DNA of 63,105 nt, counting the filler, from Octopus bimaculoides (taxonomy: Eukaryota): NCBI RefSeq assembly GCF_001194135.2. It is 3 parts of 3 records of this genome, joined end to end, with 100 filler letters (N's around TTAATTAATTAA, not from the genome) between each part and the next. Parts side by side here need not be neighbours in the genome. Positions count along the whole stretch, not along the records: positions 39,600 to 63,105 come from NC_068999.1; 2 more parts are not named here. The stretch is one strand, 5' to 3'. The number at the start of each line of letters is the position of its first letter. Within the stretch, counting starts at the first letter, position 1. Under the pieces are notes generated by a model. It was given only the letters and a program-made list of their open reading frames with translations. It did no database searches and was not told where the DNA came from. Positions 39,661 to 53,950 of this stretch are shown here, piece after piece. A program made the translations under genes and the position numbers.

Positions 39661-42600
39661 TTTTTTTATCGAGACTTTTATACGGAAAATCTAGGATTGG
39701 AGCCAGATCAAAATTGTTGGGATTCCTTTTAGGATATTTTGGCCTAATTTTTTTGAAACATTTGTACGACATTGCCGGAGATTGCATTGTCTGCAACTGG
39801 ATTGTAACCTCATTATTTAGCGAGGATTTTGCAATCTTGAATTACTAATAATCTTAACTACTTTGTATATATTATGATTATAGTTTTGCAATTGTCAGAA
39901 CTATAAGACTCGTGCCCGAATAGCATATTGGCTACGATCCTAGTATTATATCTATTAGTTCTGCTTCTGCTCATCCTTCATATTTGCTAGAATGAAGGGA
40001 AATAATTCACACGATTTAGTGGTAGTTAGGTGTTAGTTAGGTCCCAAATGAGGGTGGAGAAACAGTGATTTACTTTACCTATAACACGGTTCAAATACGT
40101 CAGTATATTCATTGTAATTTACAAGTATATTGTACTTAGAAAGTAAACAATTGCTTGAACTGAAGCAGACATTTAAAACGCATTATTAATTGAAATATTA
40201 ATCTTTATCTATCTGGATGTGCCTGGTTTTCGTGTGTAAACTATGATGGTTTATTAAAAAAAAAAGAGATTTATTTTCTGGTAAGAGATTTCATATAATA
40301 TTTAAAAGAGCGGTTTCAATTAAATAGCCGCAGATGTGCGATATACATGTTTAAGATATATAAAATAGATAGTCAACAATTTATGAACAAACGAACTATA
40401 CTAATATATTGCTGTTGAATGAACAGATACCAATAACTTGATCCGTACACGATGCACCATTTGATGTCTTATCATTGTTGAAATAAAATAATTTAGAAAA
40501 ACAAATTAAATTGGCTTCGATGTGCATCTTCTTTCTGGGGAAAAGGAAATCAGTAAATTCAGTGATAACCACAATATAGTCAAACTAATTACTTCCAGAT
40601 GACCGGTTGATAAAATATTTTTGTAATAAAATTGGAAAACAATATTTTTTTATATGTGTGTTTGTTTAAATCTACGTGCATAGTACACTTTGTTGTGCCT
40701 AGATATATTCTGTTAGTTCACATCTCTATATAAGTTTACTTTAGGACTATTGCACATTTTTCTTATACGAAGTATAATATTCCGGATAAATCAGACAGTT
40801 CTGTGTTGCATGGAATCCAACGAAATGGTGGGCAAATTTACATGAGGGTATTTCAATTTGAGAAACCACCATAGTTTTTATGTCAGTACTACATGGTTTG
40901 AAACACTTTGAAGCATCATGAACATTTTTAACAGTATGTCATATTAGTGCAAACTATCAACTAATAAACGAAAATAAAACAAATAGGCTATTTCTACAGC
41001 GGGGTCATTAGGGCAACAAGGCATCTTACATCCTAAGTAAGGTTAATTTACTATCATTCGAACATCATTGAAATACAGTATGGATCATAGTTTAGATGCC
41101 TCATTGACGACAAAGAAAATTATTGATAAAATCTGGGGCGCAGGAATTGGTTACGTTGCAACAACACCCTACAGCATACATTACATGCATCAAAGACGAA
41201 ATGATTGACAGAGGATTCATATATAAACTGAATTCCAAGAAATGTTTAAGGAACAAAAAAAAAACATTTGTACATTCTATGCCTATGTATATATGCAGAA
41301 ATTCATGTTCAGTGTAAGGAAGAAATGAGAGAAAGAGAATTCAGAAATAAACTGAATTTCAATTTGTAGATATAGGACGGAGAAAAATAACTTTAGAAAT
41401 AAAGTTTTAGTAAATTGTATACATATATTAGCAGCTGCAGATTGAATCACAAACACTGACGAATTTCTGTAGTGTGTTTCCCATAGCTTACGTTCCACGG
41501 AAACTATTTCGCAAAAGACTGCGTATTACGTGTGAAATAATAGCAAAATCTTCGCACACTCTATGGATAGTAAAAGCTTGCACTATGTAGGATAATTTAG
41601 GGCTAATAAGTAAGACATGAATATGACAATAAATATGTATATATAGTCATGTGTGCGTATGCATCCATGTGTGTCCACGCGTGTGTGCCGGCATGTGTGT
41701 GGACGTGCGTGTCTATGTCGTTGGCATATGCAGGATCGGAGATAAATCATTTCGCGATTCCTCGAATTAAGTTAAGTTTCTGTTAAATGTAATTACGTAA
41801 CCTTTTCTGGTACGTGATGTTGACAAGCGACAGCAATGGCGAAACGTCGATATTAATCACTCCAAGATGGTGATTGTGTGTGAGTTACCTAACTTTTCCA
41901 TGATTCTAGGGAGTTTTCAACACTCGGCGTTTTGATAGAGTATTCCTCATCACCCAAGAACATCCCACCAGCGAATAAACTAGCCTTGTAACTCGGGTAT
42001 ATGTTGTTCATAATGTCTATTAAACAAGGGCTGCTTCAATTTCGTATTTGAATGTATTCTTGTGTACATATTGTCCGGGAATACGTGCACGTAGTATGCA
42101 CGCCTTGAGCACGTAAAACGTGGATTGGCGACACTATTATTCTCCGATCCTTGTCTAATTTCGGCTTTCGAGTAATAATTTTCCGTTTCATTTTGTATTT
42201 GTCTGTAAGGCGTTTCTGCAGCACACAAGCACTCAGATGTAAACATACACGGACTAACAACTCCAAGATGTGTGTATATATATATATATATTATATATAT
42301 ATATATATATATATNNNNNNNNNNNNNNNNNNNNNNNNNNNNNNNNNNNNNNNNNNNNNNNNNNNNNNNNNNNNNNNNNNNNNNNNNNNNNNNNNNNNNN
42401 NNNNNNNNNNNNNNNNNNNNNNNNNNNNNNNNNNNNNNNNNNNNNNNNNNNNNNNNNNNNNNNNNNNNNNNNNNNNNNNNNNNNNNNNNNNNNNNNNNNN
42501 NNNNNNNNNNNNNNNNNNNNNNNNNNNNNNNNNNNNNNNNNNNNNNNNNNNNNNNNNNNNNNNNNNNNNNNNNNNNNNATATATAAATATATATATGTAT

Positions 42601-43855
42601 GTATGTATGTATGTATGCATGTATTCTATGTATTCATCTCTAGAAATATATCCCTGCATATATGCATATATATGTGTATATGTATGTTTGTATATACGTA
42701 GGGGTTTTGAATAATGCATAATCGTGTCAGAAATCAGCAAAAATATGAAGCAAAATGTATTGTAAAAATTGATCAGGTAATTAAAACATCCATTCCTGAC
42801 AGAAAACATTCAGTTTCCTCCATTCTTTTGTTTATTCGAATTTAATTCGTATAATATAGATAAAGATGTTTAATGGAGCAAATATATATTATTTTTGTCA
42901 GCAATATACAATGTTAAAAATTGCTACAGTGATCTTGTCTAACCAAATTTGAGTTTTATAGATGTCTATTGATCTGATAAATAATTATTATATTTTGCAT
43001 TTGTATTAAATTGTATTTTCTCATTCATTAAATCGTATTTTGAATATACGCATGCACATACGGATAACTGCGTATGTGTGCGCGTGTGTGTTTAAGTATC
43101 TTTCTTTCTCTCTCTCTCTCTCTATCTCCCTCTCTCTCTCTCTCTCTCTCTTTATATATATCTATTCCTCTCTTTCATTATTTTGATATTTATATATATA
43201 TATATATATNNNNNNNNNNNNNNNNNNNNNNNNNNNNNNNNNNNNNNNNNNNNNNNNNNNNNNNNNNNNNNNNNNNNNNNNNNNNNNNNNNNNNNNNNNN
43301 NNNNNNNNNNNNNNNNNNNNNNNNNNNNNNNNNNNNNNNNNNNNNNNNNNNNNNNNNNNNNNNNNNNNNNNNNNNNNNNNNNNNNNNNNNNNNNNNNNNN
43401 NNNNNNNNNNNNNNNNNNNNNNNNNNNNNNNNNNNNNNNNNNNNNNNNNNNNNNNNNNNNNNNNNNNNNNNNNNNNNNNNNNNNNNNNNNNNNNNNNNNN
43501 NNNNNNNNNNNNNNNNNNNNNNNNTATATATATACACACCAACATATTACATACGTGTTATTTGCAAAATACGCACACAAACATACATACACACACGCAC
43601 ACACAGACATACAAACACGTATATGTCCTACGCATGTATGAAGGAACCATATTGAATGATTATCTGCATTATATTTATTACAATGCATTAATTTCCATCG
43701 TACTATTATAGACAGCAAATTGTAAAATTCACTTGAAATCTCTCCAAAGTATAAATTAAAATATCTGAAACATAATGAGACCAATTCTAATGAATATACA
43801 TCACTATGTTAATGCAAGAAATTTAATGCAATGCATAGGGTTATGTATGCATATA

Positions 43856-43888
<33 letters not shown>

Positions 43889-43984
43889 CGGGGGAGGGAG
43901 AGAGAGAGAGAGAGAAGGAGAGAGATAAATAGATAGATAGATAGTTAGATATAAATATATATATGGTAAATCCCCCACCAACAA

Positions 43985-44125
43985 AAAATAAATAACGAAG
44001 AATAAATACAAAACACAACAACGCGGGGACCTGGTACATATAGAATATTCGCACACGCTCAGGGAAGGAAAGAAAGGTTGTGTTACGTTTCGAGCAAAAA
44101 GAGACGGAGGAATGTCCAATAGAAC
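43985..44125 (-). mobile_element. Penelope-like pseudo-LTR (3' half of hammerhead retained)
   Basis: Minus strand GCTCGAAACGTAAC followed by a CTTTCCTTCCCTGAGCGT..GCGTTGTTGTGTTTT tail, similar in layout to 12205-12345. Confidence 0.55.
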
Positions 44126-44850
44126 AGGAACACGAATGGAAGAATAATCGCCAACGATTCACCTGAGGTTACACTTTATACATATATGAGTGTGTACATA
44201 CATATGTATGTGTGTACACATTGGTATACGCACTTATATATACATATAAATATATATGTATTCATATATATATGCGGATGTATGCATATACATACGAAGG
44301 ATTATAATACACACACATATACATACATACAACTTTGTAATATATATATAAATATATATATCATTTGATACTTGTACAATCCCAACTTACAATTGTATGT
44401 AATGCACTCTCAATCAGAGCATATAGAAGGCTCTCACGACACATTGGGGCACGTTTTTCGTCATAAGAAATATTTTGTTAATAATTTCAAAAATGATGTG
44501 TTAAATATATTTATTGTCCTCTCTTAGAAAGTAGATTAGTTATCCATCATGCGCGATTTTTAATCGTATAGCTGGCGTGCATACATATCATAGCTATTAT
44601 AACTATTTTCGATTCACATCATTCATTTCATAATATTCTAAACTTTATGTCTGCCCGCAGGCAGTGTTTCAATCATTTCACGTTTGTCATATTTAACATA
44701 CAGGGTACTCCATTATAATGTTTTAGCAACTTTTCAACAGTACTGGAGACTAAAGTATATTACTTCATTATTCTATTATTGTAGTAGAATGATTTAGAGA
44801 AAAAATACCTAGAGCCTTTTACTATTTAGTGTGGTAGAGGGAAATAATGG

Positions 44851-45500
44851 GTGAAAAAAGAGAAATGGTTATCACATTCAACAGATGCAATGCAGCATGC
44901 AGTCTGCAGCCACTTACAGTCAAAACCATTGGAAACTGACAGTTACGTTCTTGTTGGTGATAAATTAATGTCACATCCCCTATTTCACTATGGCAATAAA
45001 ATCAGGCATACTTACATTAAAGAATATGTCTCCGAAAAGGCTAGCAAGATAAAGATAACCAGAAAGAGGTGGCGCTGGGGTGGCTTAACATATAATGATT
45101 ATCAAGTGAATGGTGCTCAAAATGAAAAAAACGAAGGTCACATTGAGATTTATGTGTGGGTATTAAGAAAACGGGAAAAATGTGCATCTAACCTTGGCAA
45201 CATTTTGAAAAGGATTGAAGGATGCAGTAAACGGTGAGTGATAGATAAAATAATGTAAACCATAAGAATGGGGTAATTTTATATAAAACGAAACCTCATA
45301 ATACTTATTTCTAGCATAATATTATGGTCGTCATGATGAAAGTATTCAACAATGAATCTATAATAAAATTCAACTATCATCTAAGTAGGAGTATACATCT
45401 GCTATTGAATAAAACCCTAAGATTAAGGTCTAAAAGTAAGATAAACAAGATCTAGTCTCTTTTATTCACAGCCAACTGAAATTTAGCCCACGTAAGAGGT
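44851..45500 (+). mobile_element. Decayed PLE reverse transcriptase
   Basis: 128-aa open frame with LTYNDYQVNG..IYVWVLRKR (~FxFN..YxQxxGxAMG..IFMGxLE), then SKR*VID (~RYIDD) and FNNESIIKFNYHLS.SI.L (~HPxIKFT..S..I.FLD). Confidence 0.65.
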
Positions 45501-46554
45501 ACATAGAGAGATATCGTGGAACAGAGAGACTGTGTGTGATACGAATTTGACATTAGATTTGAATTCTGCATGCAAAGCATATAGGATAGAGGGATTCATT
45601 TCCTTGGGACAAATTCTTTGTTGACCAATGTTATTCTTATCTTAGTTTACAAATCCAAGTATGCAAATGTTACTCAAATGTTGAGTTTTGGAGACAGACG
45701 CCTCCTTCACACACAAACACACACACACACACACACACGCACACATGAATCCATAAATGAACATATAAACTTCTATATGAATACATAGAACTACATGCTC
45801 TTATATATGAATGATGTACACAAATACCTGACAGATATACATAATACTGAAGTGTGCATCAAGTAAGCACACGAAGACAAATATATTAATAGGAAAAATA
45901 GAAAAAGGTATTAAAAACATAAATCGATGAAGAGACAAAAGAAACAGTAAGATGATACATGTTGATTTTATTAGGAATTTCTGTTTATTGAGAAACCTAC
46001 AATGAAGAGGTAATTTCACAGACGCTAAAAGCAGAAAATGACTGTCTCTTGATTGGCTAAAGATCGAGTTTTACCGATTTTTAATCATCTATAACTTTTA
46101 CCTCCAATTTTTATTCTCCAGAACATCATACGTTCAAAGAATAAGACTGGAAGACTACATTATTATAGCTGATTTTCAGATTTATTTACTTACTTTTAAA
46201 AAGNNNNNNNNNNNNNNNNNNNNNNNNNNNNNNNNNNNNNNNNNNNNNNNNNNNNNNNNNNNNNNNNNNNNNNNNNNNNNNNNNNNNNNNNNNNNNNNNN
46301 NNNNNNNNNNNNNNNNNNNNNNNNNNNNNNNNNNNNNNNNNNNNNNNNNNNNATATATATATATATACTGAAGAGATTGCAAGAGTGCAATGAAATAATT
46401 TAAGAAAAAACTATATAAATTAATAAAGGACTGAACCAGTGCGCGTGTTTAGTACCGGCATAATGCCTCTCCCAAGGTTTAATTGTATTTCTTTCAACAC
46501 ACGTATCCATATCAAGAATCTTGCACACGAAATACACATATGAAATATATATAT

Positions 46555-46934
46555 ATTTGTCAGACAATTTCTGAGGCCATATCACCCCGAACTTCTAGCG
46601 ACATAACTCCACAGACTGCAGCCCCCTTGATTATTATGTGTAGAGAGCATTTGAGCGAGAGACCAACAAAACTCTTTGTAGCACCAAAGGTGAACAGAAT
46701 ACAAGTATTATGGCAGCATTCACGAACTTGATCATGGATACAGTCCAGAAATGTTGCAGAAGATTCCGAAGTAATGTGGAGGCAGTTGTTGAAGGCAATG
46801 TCGATTTTATTGAATAAATTTAGTCTTTCATATTTCAATATATTTAATGCAATTTTGTTAAATATTTGTCAAAATGTGTTGTTAGTATTATTTTCATTGT
46901 GTAATTTAGACGACTGTTTATTCACCGTACACTG
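46555..46934 (+). mobile_element. Mariner/Tc1-family transposase 3' fragment with right TIR
   Basis: HNSTDCSPLDYYV*RAFERETNKT...FTNL..DTVQKCCRRFRSNVEAVVEGNVDFIE* contains the SPDxNPLDY motif; TIR-like end TTATTCACCGTACACTG. Confidence 0.9.
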
Positions 46935-47519
46935 CATATACACACACACGCACACACATATANNNNNNNNNNNNNNNNNNNNNNNNNNNNNNNNNNNNNN
47001 NNNNNNNNNNNNNNNNNNNNNNNNNNNNNNNNNNNNNNNNNNNNNNNNNNNNNNNNNNNNNNNNNNNNNNNNNNNNNNNNNNNNNNNNNNNNNNNNNNNN
47101 NNNNNNNNNNNNNNNNNNNNNNNNNNNNNNNNNNNNNNNNNNNNNNNNNNNNNNNNNNNNNNNNNNNNNNNNNNNNNNNNNNNNNNNNNNNNNNNNNNNN
47201 NNNNNNNNNNNNNNNNNNNNNNNNNNNNNNNNNNNNNNNNNNNNNNNNNNNTATATATATATATATATATATTAATAGATATATACACACGTATATGTGT
47301 GTGTGAGTCCGTATGTATGTGTGCCTATAGCTACAAAATTAGCTAGCAAACTATCTGTCATCTTAGTTCATGTAAACGTGCTTGTATATGTGTGAGTTGT
47401 GAATGTGTTTGTGTTGGTGTGTGCGTCTGCTTCGTTAGTAATTTATATTTAACGAGTAAATAATTCTAGAAGAAATCTTATGTTAAACAAGAAATATCTG
47501 AATATATACAATATATATA

Positions 47520-47760
47520 ATAATTCAACATCAATTATTTCATACTTAGACGCTGTAGTTGCATATCAGTGTACTGGAAATTGTATTTACTTTTATATTT
47601 TGTACCATCGTTTCATTATTTTAGAACTATTTGCTTCAATGATAGTGCGAAGTGAGAGAGAACACATATATTTGAATAGTCAAACATATCTCTATCACCA
47701 CCATGGGTCGTCGATTGTTGCTTTTGGTGCCGATGTTTTCTTGATGTTTCAGTCGTATTT
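47520..47760 (+). mobile_element. Decayed PLE RT relic
   Basis: Within ORF 47480-47794: IISYLDAV ... YLNSQTYLYHHHGSSIVAFGADVFL (~FNGxxYxQxxGxxMGSPxxPxxADIFM). Confidence 0.45.
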
Positions 47761-48485
47761 GCGATTCTTGTTTCGGTTCTCTTTTGTCTTTTAATTGCTG
47801 GTCGTAATAGTATTATTACATTTAATTTTAATATCCATATACAATATTTGCATATGAAGTATCATATTTCACTTCAAGGTATTCTAAGTTTATCAAATAA
47901 CATGTATACGCGTGTGAGTGTGCATTTATATATAAGTACTTATAACCACACATATATTATTTTAGTCATTATATAAAACGTTACACATAAATGCTGAGCT
48001 ACACAAAAGAAGGATATGATATCTGTTTATTATTAATAATCAAAGAGACACTTAGATGGTCTTGTACAAATTAACATTTTTTTAAAATTTTTCTAACAAC
48101 ATTCAATAGAACTTTGGATATCAAAACTGCGTACTTTATAAAATGACAAAATGTTCAAATAGATTTACATAACGTCAAACGATAATTACATCAGAGGTAT
48201 AATTGATTCCATGATTTAATTTGCTCCACCAATTCATGTGCACATTTCCAATTATCAATTTATTTTCTACTCCGATATATGTCAACTTTTCTGTTCATAC
48301 TTAATTTCATAATCAATTATCTATATAGATACATGCATTCGTACATACCTAAGTGTGTATGTTTATATGTATGAAAGCGTGTGTGTTTGTATGTATGTAT
48401 ATATCTACCTTTTGATCGACTGATATATATATATATATATATATATTGGTCTGTTTATCTCCAGGTGTCTGTATGCCTGTGTCTC

Positions 48486-48523
<38 letters not shown>

Positions 48524-48540
48524 NNNNNNNNNNNNNNNNN

Positions 48541-48588
<48 letters not shown>

Positions 48589-48599
48589 AGTGGGATGAA

Positions 48600-49640
48600 C
48601 GTAAGTGGTAACAATGAAACTGGGTATGTGATTAATCTTTATATTTTGTATCTTTTCATTTGTCTTGCTCGCTTATGTTCTGGCGCTTGCTGAATTTTCT
48701 TGAGAACAATCTTGTGGTCAGAGCATAAGGGCTCTACATTTAGCATAATGGATGTCCATTTATTGCTCATCCCTCTTATATATATGTAATATAGTTTTTC
48801 GGAATCTTCAGATTTTTCAATATGCTAGGCCACTGGATTTGAATTAATATTAATCAAATTCATATTCAAATTTTCACCCTTATTATTTAAATTTAAATAA
48901 CCATGTTCTCTAACTGACAAATTTCACTGCAGAATTCTGCAGAATTATTTCCGGTATTTTAGCCCACCAAAACAAAGCCTTTTCAAATATACACCCACAT
49001 GTAATTGGTAGATCTATATGCATGTTCAATCTCATACGGACGTCTAGTGTATAGTTCTGCAAATTATATTTTGCTATGACGATCAGACTGGTGAATTGCG
49101 GACATTTACGTAATTATTACGTAAGTGGTAACAATGAAACCTGGTATGTGATTAATCTTTATATTGTGTATCTTTTCATTTATCCTGCTCGCTTACGTTC
49201 TGGCATTTGCTGAATTTTCTTGAGAACAATCTTGTCTTAGTGGTCAGAGCATACGTGGTCTACATCTTGCATAATGAATATCCACTTAGTGGTCATCCCT
49301 CTTATTATGTATGCGATATAATATTTCGAACCTTTAGATTTTTCAATATACTAGGCCACTGGTTTTAAATTGATATCAATCAAAGTACTATTCAATTTTT
49401 CACCCTGATTATTTATATATATATACATATCTACACTTATAAATTTCATGCATTTTTGTTTAAGAAGGAACCCGCATCGAAGATATTATTTTCTCAACCA
49501 CTAAACAGTAAATTTTCTGGATTTGCTTCAATGTCATTCTTTAAACACAATTTCTACTACACATTATCTTTGAAAAGATAATCCTAATTTAGTTGTTCAC
49601 CCTGTCAAATCTGGGAATACAGAAACAAAATATGCACTCG
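48600..49640 (+). mobile_element. Tandemly duplicated decayed PLE RT segment
   Basis: ~290-bp diverged direct repeats at 48600-48890 and 49119-49410. Motifs: FLENN, GHPSYY (~APSYA), HWF*IDI (~WxRYIDDI), FHPD (~LHPxIKF). Confidence 0.45.
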
Positions 49641-50898
49641 AAAATTGGCGGAAGCGACCCTGTGCTATGAAAATTATCAAAATCTATAGAATCATTCTAG
49701 TAGACTACCGTTTATTCGGCTTCAATGTCTGTCCTTCTTCTCCCCTATTATATTTCTTTGACTGAACTATTCTATTATTCAAAACGTCTTATGAATGAGA
49801 GAATAATAAGAAAATCTAAATAAAAAAAAAAGTAGTAGGTGTGGTGGATATATTTCTATCAATTCATTAGCTACAAATAAGTGCCTATAGAAATTGTAAT
49901 GGATGAAGAGATAAAATGATATAACAGAGGAAATGAAGCACTCACGTCCCACAAATGTTCACACGCGCGAACACAGAAGTACATATGAATCCCAATGCAT
50001 AAATGTATAAATGTGCGCATTTATTGCTATTCATATATACAGTACAAGTAGATACAAGCAAGGGCGCCATAACACACACACTAACATGCATACGCATATA
50101 TGTACAGAGAGAGCATCGATAAATAATTTTTAAATGGCACATTATTTGTTACACTTATATATATATATATATATGTATATANNNNNNNNNNNNNNNNNNN
50201 NNNNNNNNNNNNNNNNNNNNNNNNNNNNNNNNNNNNNNNNNNNNNNNNNNNNNNNNNNNNNNNNNNNNNNNNNNNNNNNNNNNNNNNNNNNNNNNNNNNN
50301 NNNNNNNNNNNNNNNNNNNNNNNNNNNNNNNNNNNNNNNNNNNNNNNNNNNNNNNNNNNNNNNNNNNNNNNNNNNNNNNNNNNNNNNNNNNNNNNNNNNN
50401 NNNNNNNNNNNNNNNNNNNNNNNNNNNNNNNNNNNNNNNNNNNNNNNNNNNNNNNNNNNNNNNNNNNNNNNNNNNNNNNNNNNNNNNNNNNNNNNNNNNN
50501 NNNNNNNNNNNNNNNNNNNNNNNNNNNNNNNNNNNNNNNNNNNNNNNNNNNNNNNNNNNNNNNNNNNNNNNNNNNNNNNNNNNNNNNNNNNNNNNNNNNN
50601 NNNNNNNNNNNNNNNNNNNNNNNNNNNNNNNNNNNNNNNNNNNNNNNNNNNNNNNNNNNNNNNNNNNNNNNNNNNNNNNNNNNNNNNNNNNNNNNNNNNN
50701 NNNNNNNNNNNNNNNNNNNNNNNNNNNNNNNNNNNNNNNNNNNNNNNNNNNNNNNNNNNNNNNNNNNNNNNNNNNNNNNNNNNNNNNNNNNNNNNNNNNN
50801 NNNNNNNNNNNNNNNNNNNNNNNNNNNNNNNNNNNNNNNNNNNNNNNNNNNNNNNNNNNNNNNNNNNNNNNNNNNNNNNNNNNNNNNNNNNNNNNNNN

Positions 50899-50932
<34 letters not shown>

Positions 50933-52099
50933 TGTGTATGCATGGATGGATATACATATATAACTAAAAGTAGCAGGATAAAATAATAAAACGAGAAATA
51001 GTAATCGTATCTTTACTAAGAACAATATGACTATGCCAATACTTGTAATATCAGTGCTTTTAATAGATTTCCTAATATATTATATAGCAATAATTATCTT
51101 TTAATTATATTTTTATACAAGATTCATTGGCATTTGCGACTATGATAAAACAACTATTTTTCGTTTGGTTTTGTTTTTCAGATTAATAGTATATATTTTT
51201 TATAATTATTTTGTTTTCCCCTCTTGTTTAATTATGTTTTACGTTTTTAATTTTATATTTTACTTTTGTTACTCTTAGGATTCATGTAATTATTATTCGT
51301 GTCCATTCCTTTATTTCTGTGTATATGTATACGTGTATACATGGGTGTATGTCTGCGTGGCTGTGTATGTATCTCTCTGTGTATCTATCTATATATGCAC
51401 ACAAACTCGCGCACTCACACATGCCCTTACATACGTTCAAACACAGATTTCCAGGCTTCTAAGTGTGTATCTTTTCTTATTTATGTGGATAGTTTTACAA
51501 TCCAACATAATGTATCTTATATGCACTACATTTATTTGTCTGTCTATCGGAAAACGTATCTCTAATGAATGCGGTATGCTATACAGAAAGACGCCAAGAA
51601 ATCGCTATGAATTCAAATGAAAAAATGTGAACGAAAAATACAGAATTAAAGAAATATAGAAAATTATAATAGAATTCATTAATGAAACAATGACTAATTT
51701 TATATTGAGTTGATTAAATGAATACTAATATTTTTTAAATGTTATTTTCGTCTGCAACTTCTTTCGGTATTCGAAGCAATGAAAATAACGTCATTGTTTA
51801 TACTTTTAATATGGTACATATATAATGATATGTGTTATATATTTATTATTTGATAAAGTGACGCAAGGAACACTGTACCCTACACTGCTTCGTCTGATTT
51901 ATTTATTTTGTCTTGTTTAACTAATGATCAAGTAATCGTGTAGTTAGAAAATATTATTCCTTTTCGTGGTTGAAATAGATGCATTCTTCATTGTTTTGGG
52001 TCTTTCACCTACATCTGTTTCTTTATTAAATATACCGTTAATGTCATTAATTAGCCAGCATTACTTCCGTTTTGCTGGTGCATGATCCTAAGTTGATTA

Positions 52100-52585
52100 T
52101 CGAATATTTTTTCTACAAATGTATAACACCCCTGTGCAATTTATATTGTTCATTTTTTAAAGTGGAGCGTATAATTTTAGACTGTCTGTGCAGAAGCTAG
52201 GATCCATTGACCATAGATATTCATTCGAAATTCCAGTTTACTTTAATCTAGGCGAGAGAGGATAACAACAAGCGTCGATTTCTCTTTTAATAGTGAGATC
52301 TGTTAAATAACTCCCACTATTAATCGATCTGCTATAATTTTTTGTAATCTTAAGAACACATTTGATACAAAATCTCCCGAATACTTTTAAATTTATGGCT
52401 CTATAAACTTTGACGAAATCACAAACACTGTGTGTTGGCCAGCTGTTTTGGTGGTTAGGAACGATGATAATTTTTATGTTTTGTATGAAATAATTGTAAT
52501 TCCTCAACGAAATATAACTTACATCAACTAGTTCGGTTCTGGTGGTTTTCTTCTGCAATATTCCTGCGAAACGACATACGTTCAT
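52100..52585 (-). mobile_element. Decayed PLE RT relic
   Basis: 115-aa ORF ELV..SLRNYNYF...KVFGRFCIKCVL...SINS..LTIKREIDACCYPL (~NYFxFN...RYVDD..LNS..FTIERE.xGCLPFLD), followed by LEFRMNIY. Confidence 0.55.
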
Positions 52586-52816
52586 AATTACGGTCCTTCA
52601 ATTTTGCAAAAGATCAGCGACACCAGATTCCTTCTGTCTTCGCCTCTCCTCCCTCCTCGTGCTTATAATTATCATTACCATTTTCGTCACTCTCAGAAGA
52701 AACAGTAACCTCTACATCATTATAATATAGTTACCGTAATTTTCATCATCATTAAAAAGTCTTCGTCCATATCATCATTGTAAGCATCACTATTATGTTT
52801 GGTAAAGTAAGCGATT

Positions 52817-52863
<47 letters not shown>

Positions 52864-53714
52864 TATTTCCATTATTTTATTTTGACATAAATGTGATTAT
52901 AGTATATTTAGATGATAAATACATATTTTATTATATAAATAAATTGTAAGACCACATATTAATAAGCAATAAAATAAACTATTTTCCATAGAACTTGTAT
53001 TCTTGAAATACCAACATCGTATATATTGTTATGAATCATCTGCCTGTAAATAGCTATTTCTGGTATGTATTTATTGAAACACATGTCCTGGCCTATAATT
53101 TCCCATAGATGCATGGGCGCGCCTGTGCACACGCACAGATACACACTCAAATAAAGAAATCCTTAAAGACATAGACTCAGGGAGCCTCACGTACATGGGT
53201 AAACACGCGCACACACATACACAGACACACATATGCACACAGACACACATATGCACACATACACACATATGCACACAGACACACAAACACAGGAACATAC
53301 GTGCTTTCGAAAGCAGACAGAGAAACACTCACACACGATTCCGCGAAGTCACATAAACATCTTATTTTACGATAAAAGTCGACTTCCATATAGCCTTTGA
53401 TTGCCTGCATTGGATAAATCGCTTTCTCGCACAAGAATTGTTTGAACCGTCGTGTGCCAAAATGTAGAATATAACATGAGAATTATCACTCGATTCTCCA
53501 CATATTTTGTAATTCTGTATATTATATTCTATAAAGCTAAATAAACAATCAGTGTCACACATATTCAGAAACTAATCAGAATTTAATTACAAGCAATTTC
53601 TTAAAACGGGCAGTGTGTTGTACGTTAGCTGCACAGATCAAGACAGCTGTGTTAAATAACTTAGAGCAAAAAATTCTTGAATTATTAAAATTATATCTCG
53701 TATTAATGCATTCG

Positions 53715-53950
53715 CGGTTGTATAGCAAGGCGTTTGCTTCTCGACCACCTTTGCATGTGTTCGCGTGCTCGTGTGTATTGCCTCCACGCAGGCACTTCGC
53801 AACCGGTGTTAGTGTTACATTCACGTACATTAGCTGTTCGCGAATGAGACCGATATAATAATTAAAGAATAAGTCCTGAGGTTTATTCACCCAACAAAAT
53901 TTCTTCGAAACCGCAATCACAGTTTCAATATAATGACAAAAACAAGTGGT
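53715..53950 (+). mobile_element. Old, internally deleted SINE family A copy
   Basis: Degenerate head plus AACCGGTGTT..GAGACCGAT..AAAGAATAAGTCCTG 3' half. Confidence 0.65.

Noticed and set aside
44830-45170. Apparent class A GPCR TM1-TM3 pseudogene on the minus strand
   Set aside because: The plus strand has a 128-aa open frame with ordered PLE RT motifs continuing downstream; hydrophobic GPCR-like text arises easily from AT-rich DNA.
48600-49780. GPCR N-terminus-like MNVSGNNET and VVHPVKS readings; similar readings at 19.1, 40.9, 47.5 and 59.7 kb (a putative GPCR pseudogene cluster)
   Set aside because: Each required several frameshifts, and most have an equal or better PLE RT explanation. 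I judged this to be pattern over-reading.
52238-52585. TRH-receptor-like TM3 reading (LTIKRE..CYPL)
   Set aside because: The same residues fit the PLE RT FTIERE..CLPFLD motif, with the other RT motifs correctly spaced upstream. An HMM search would settle it.
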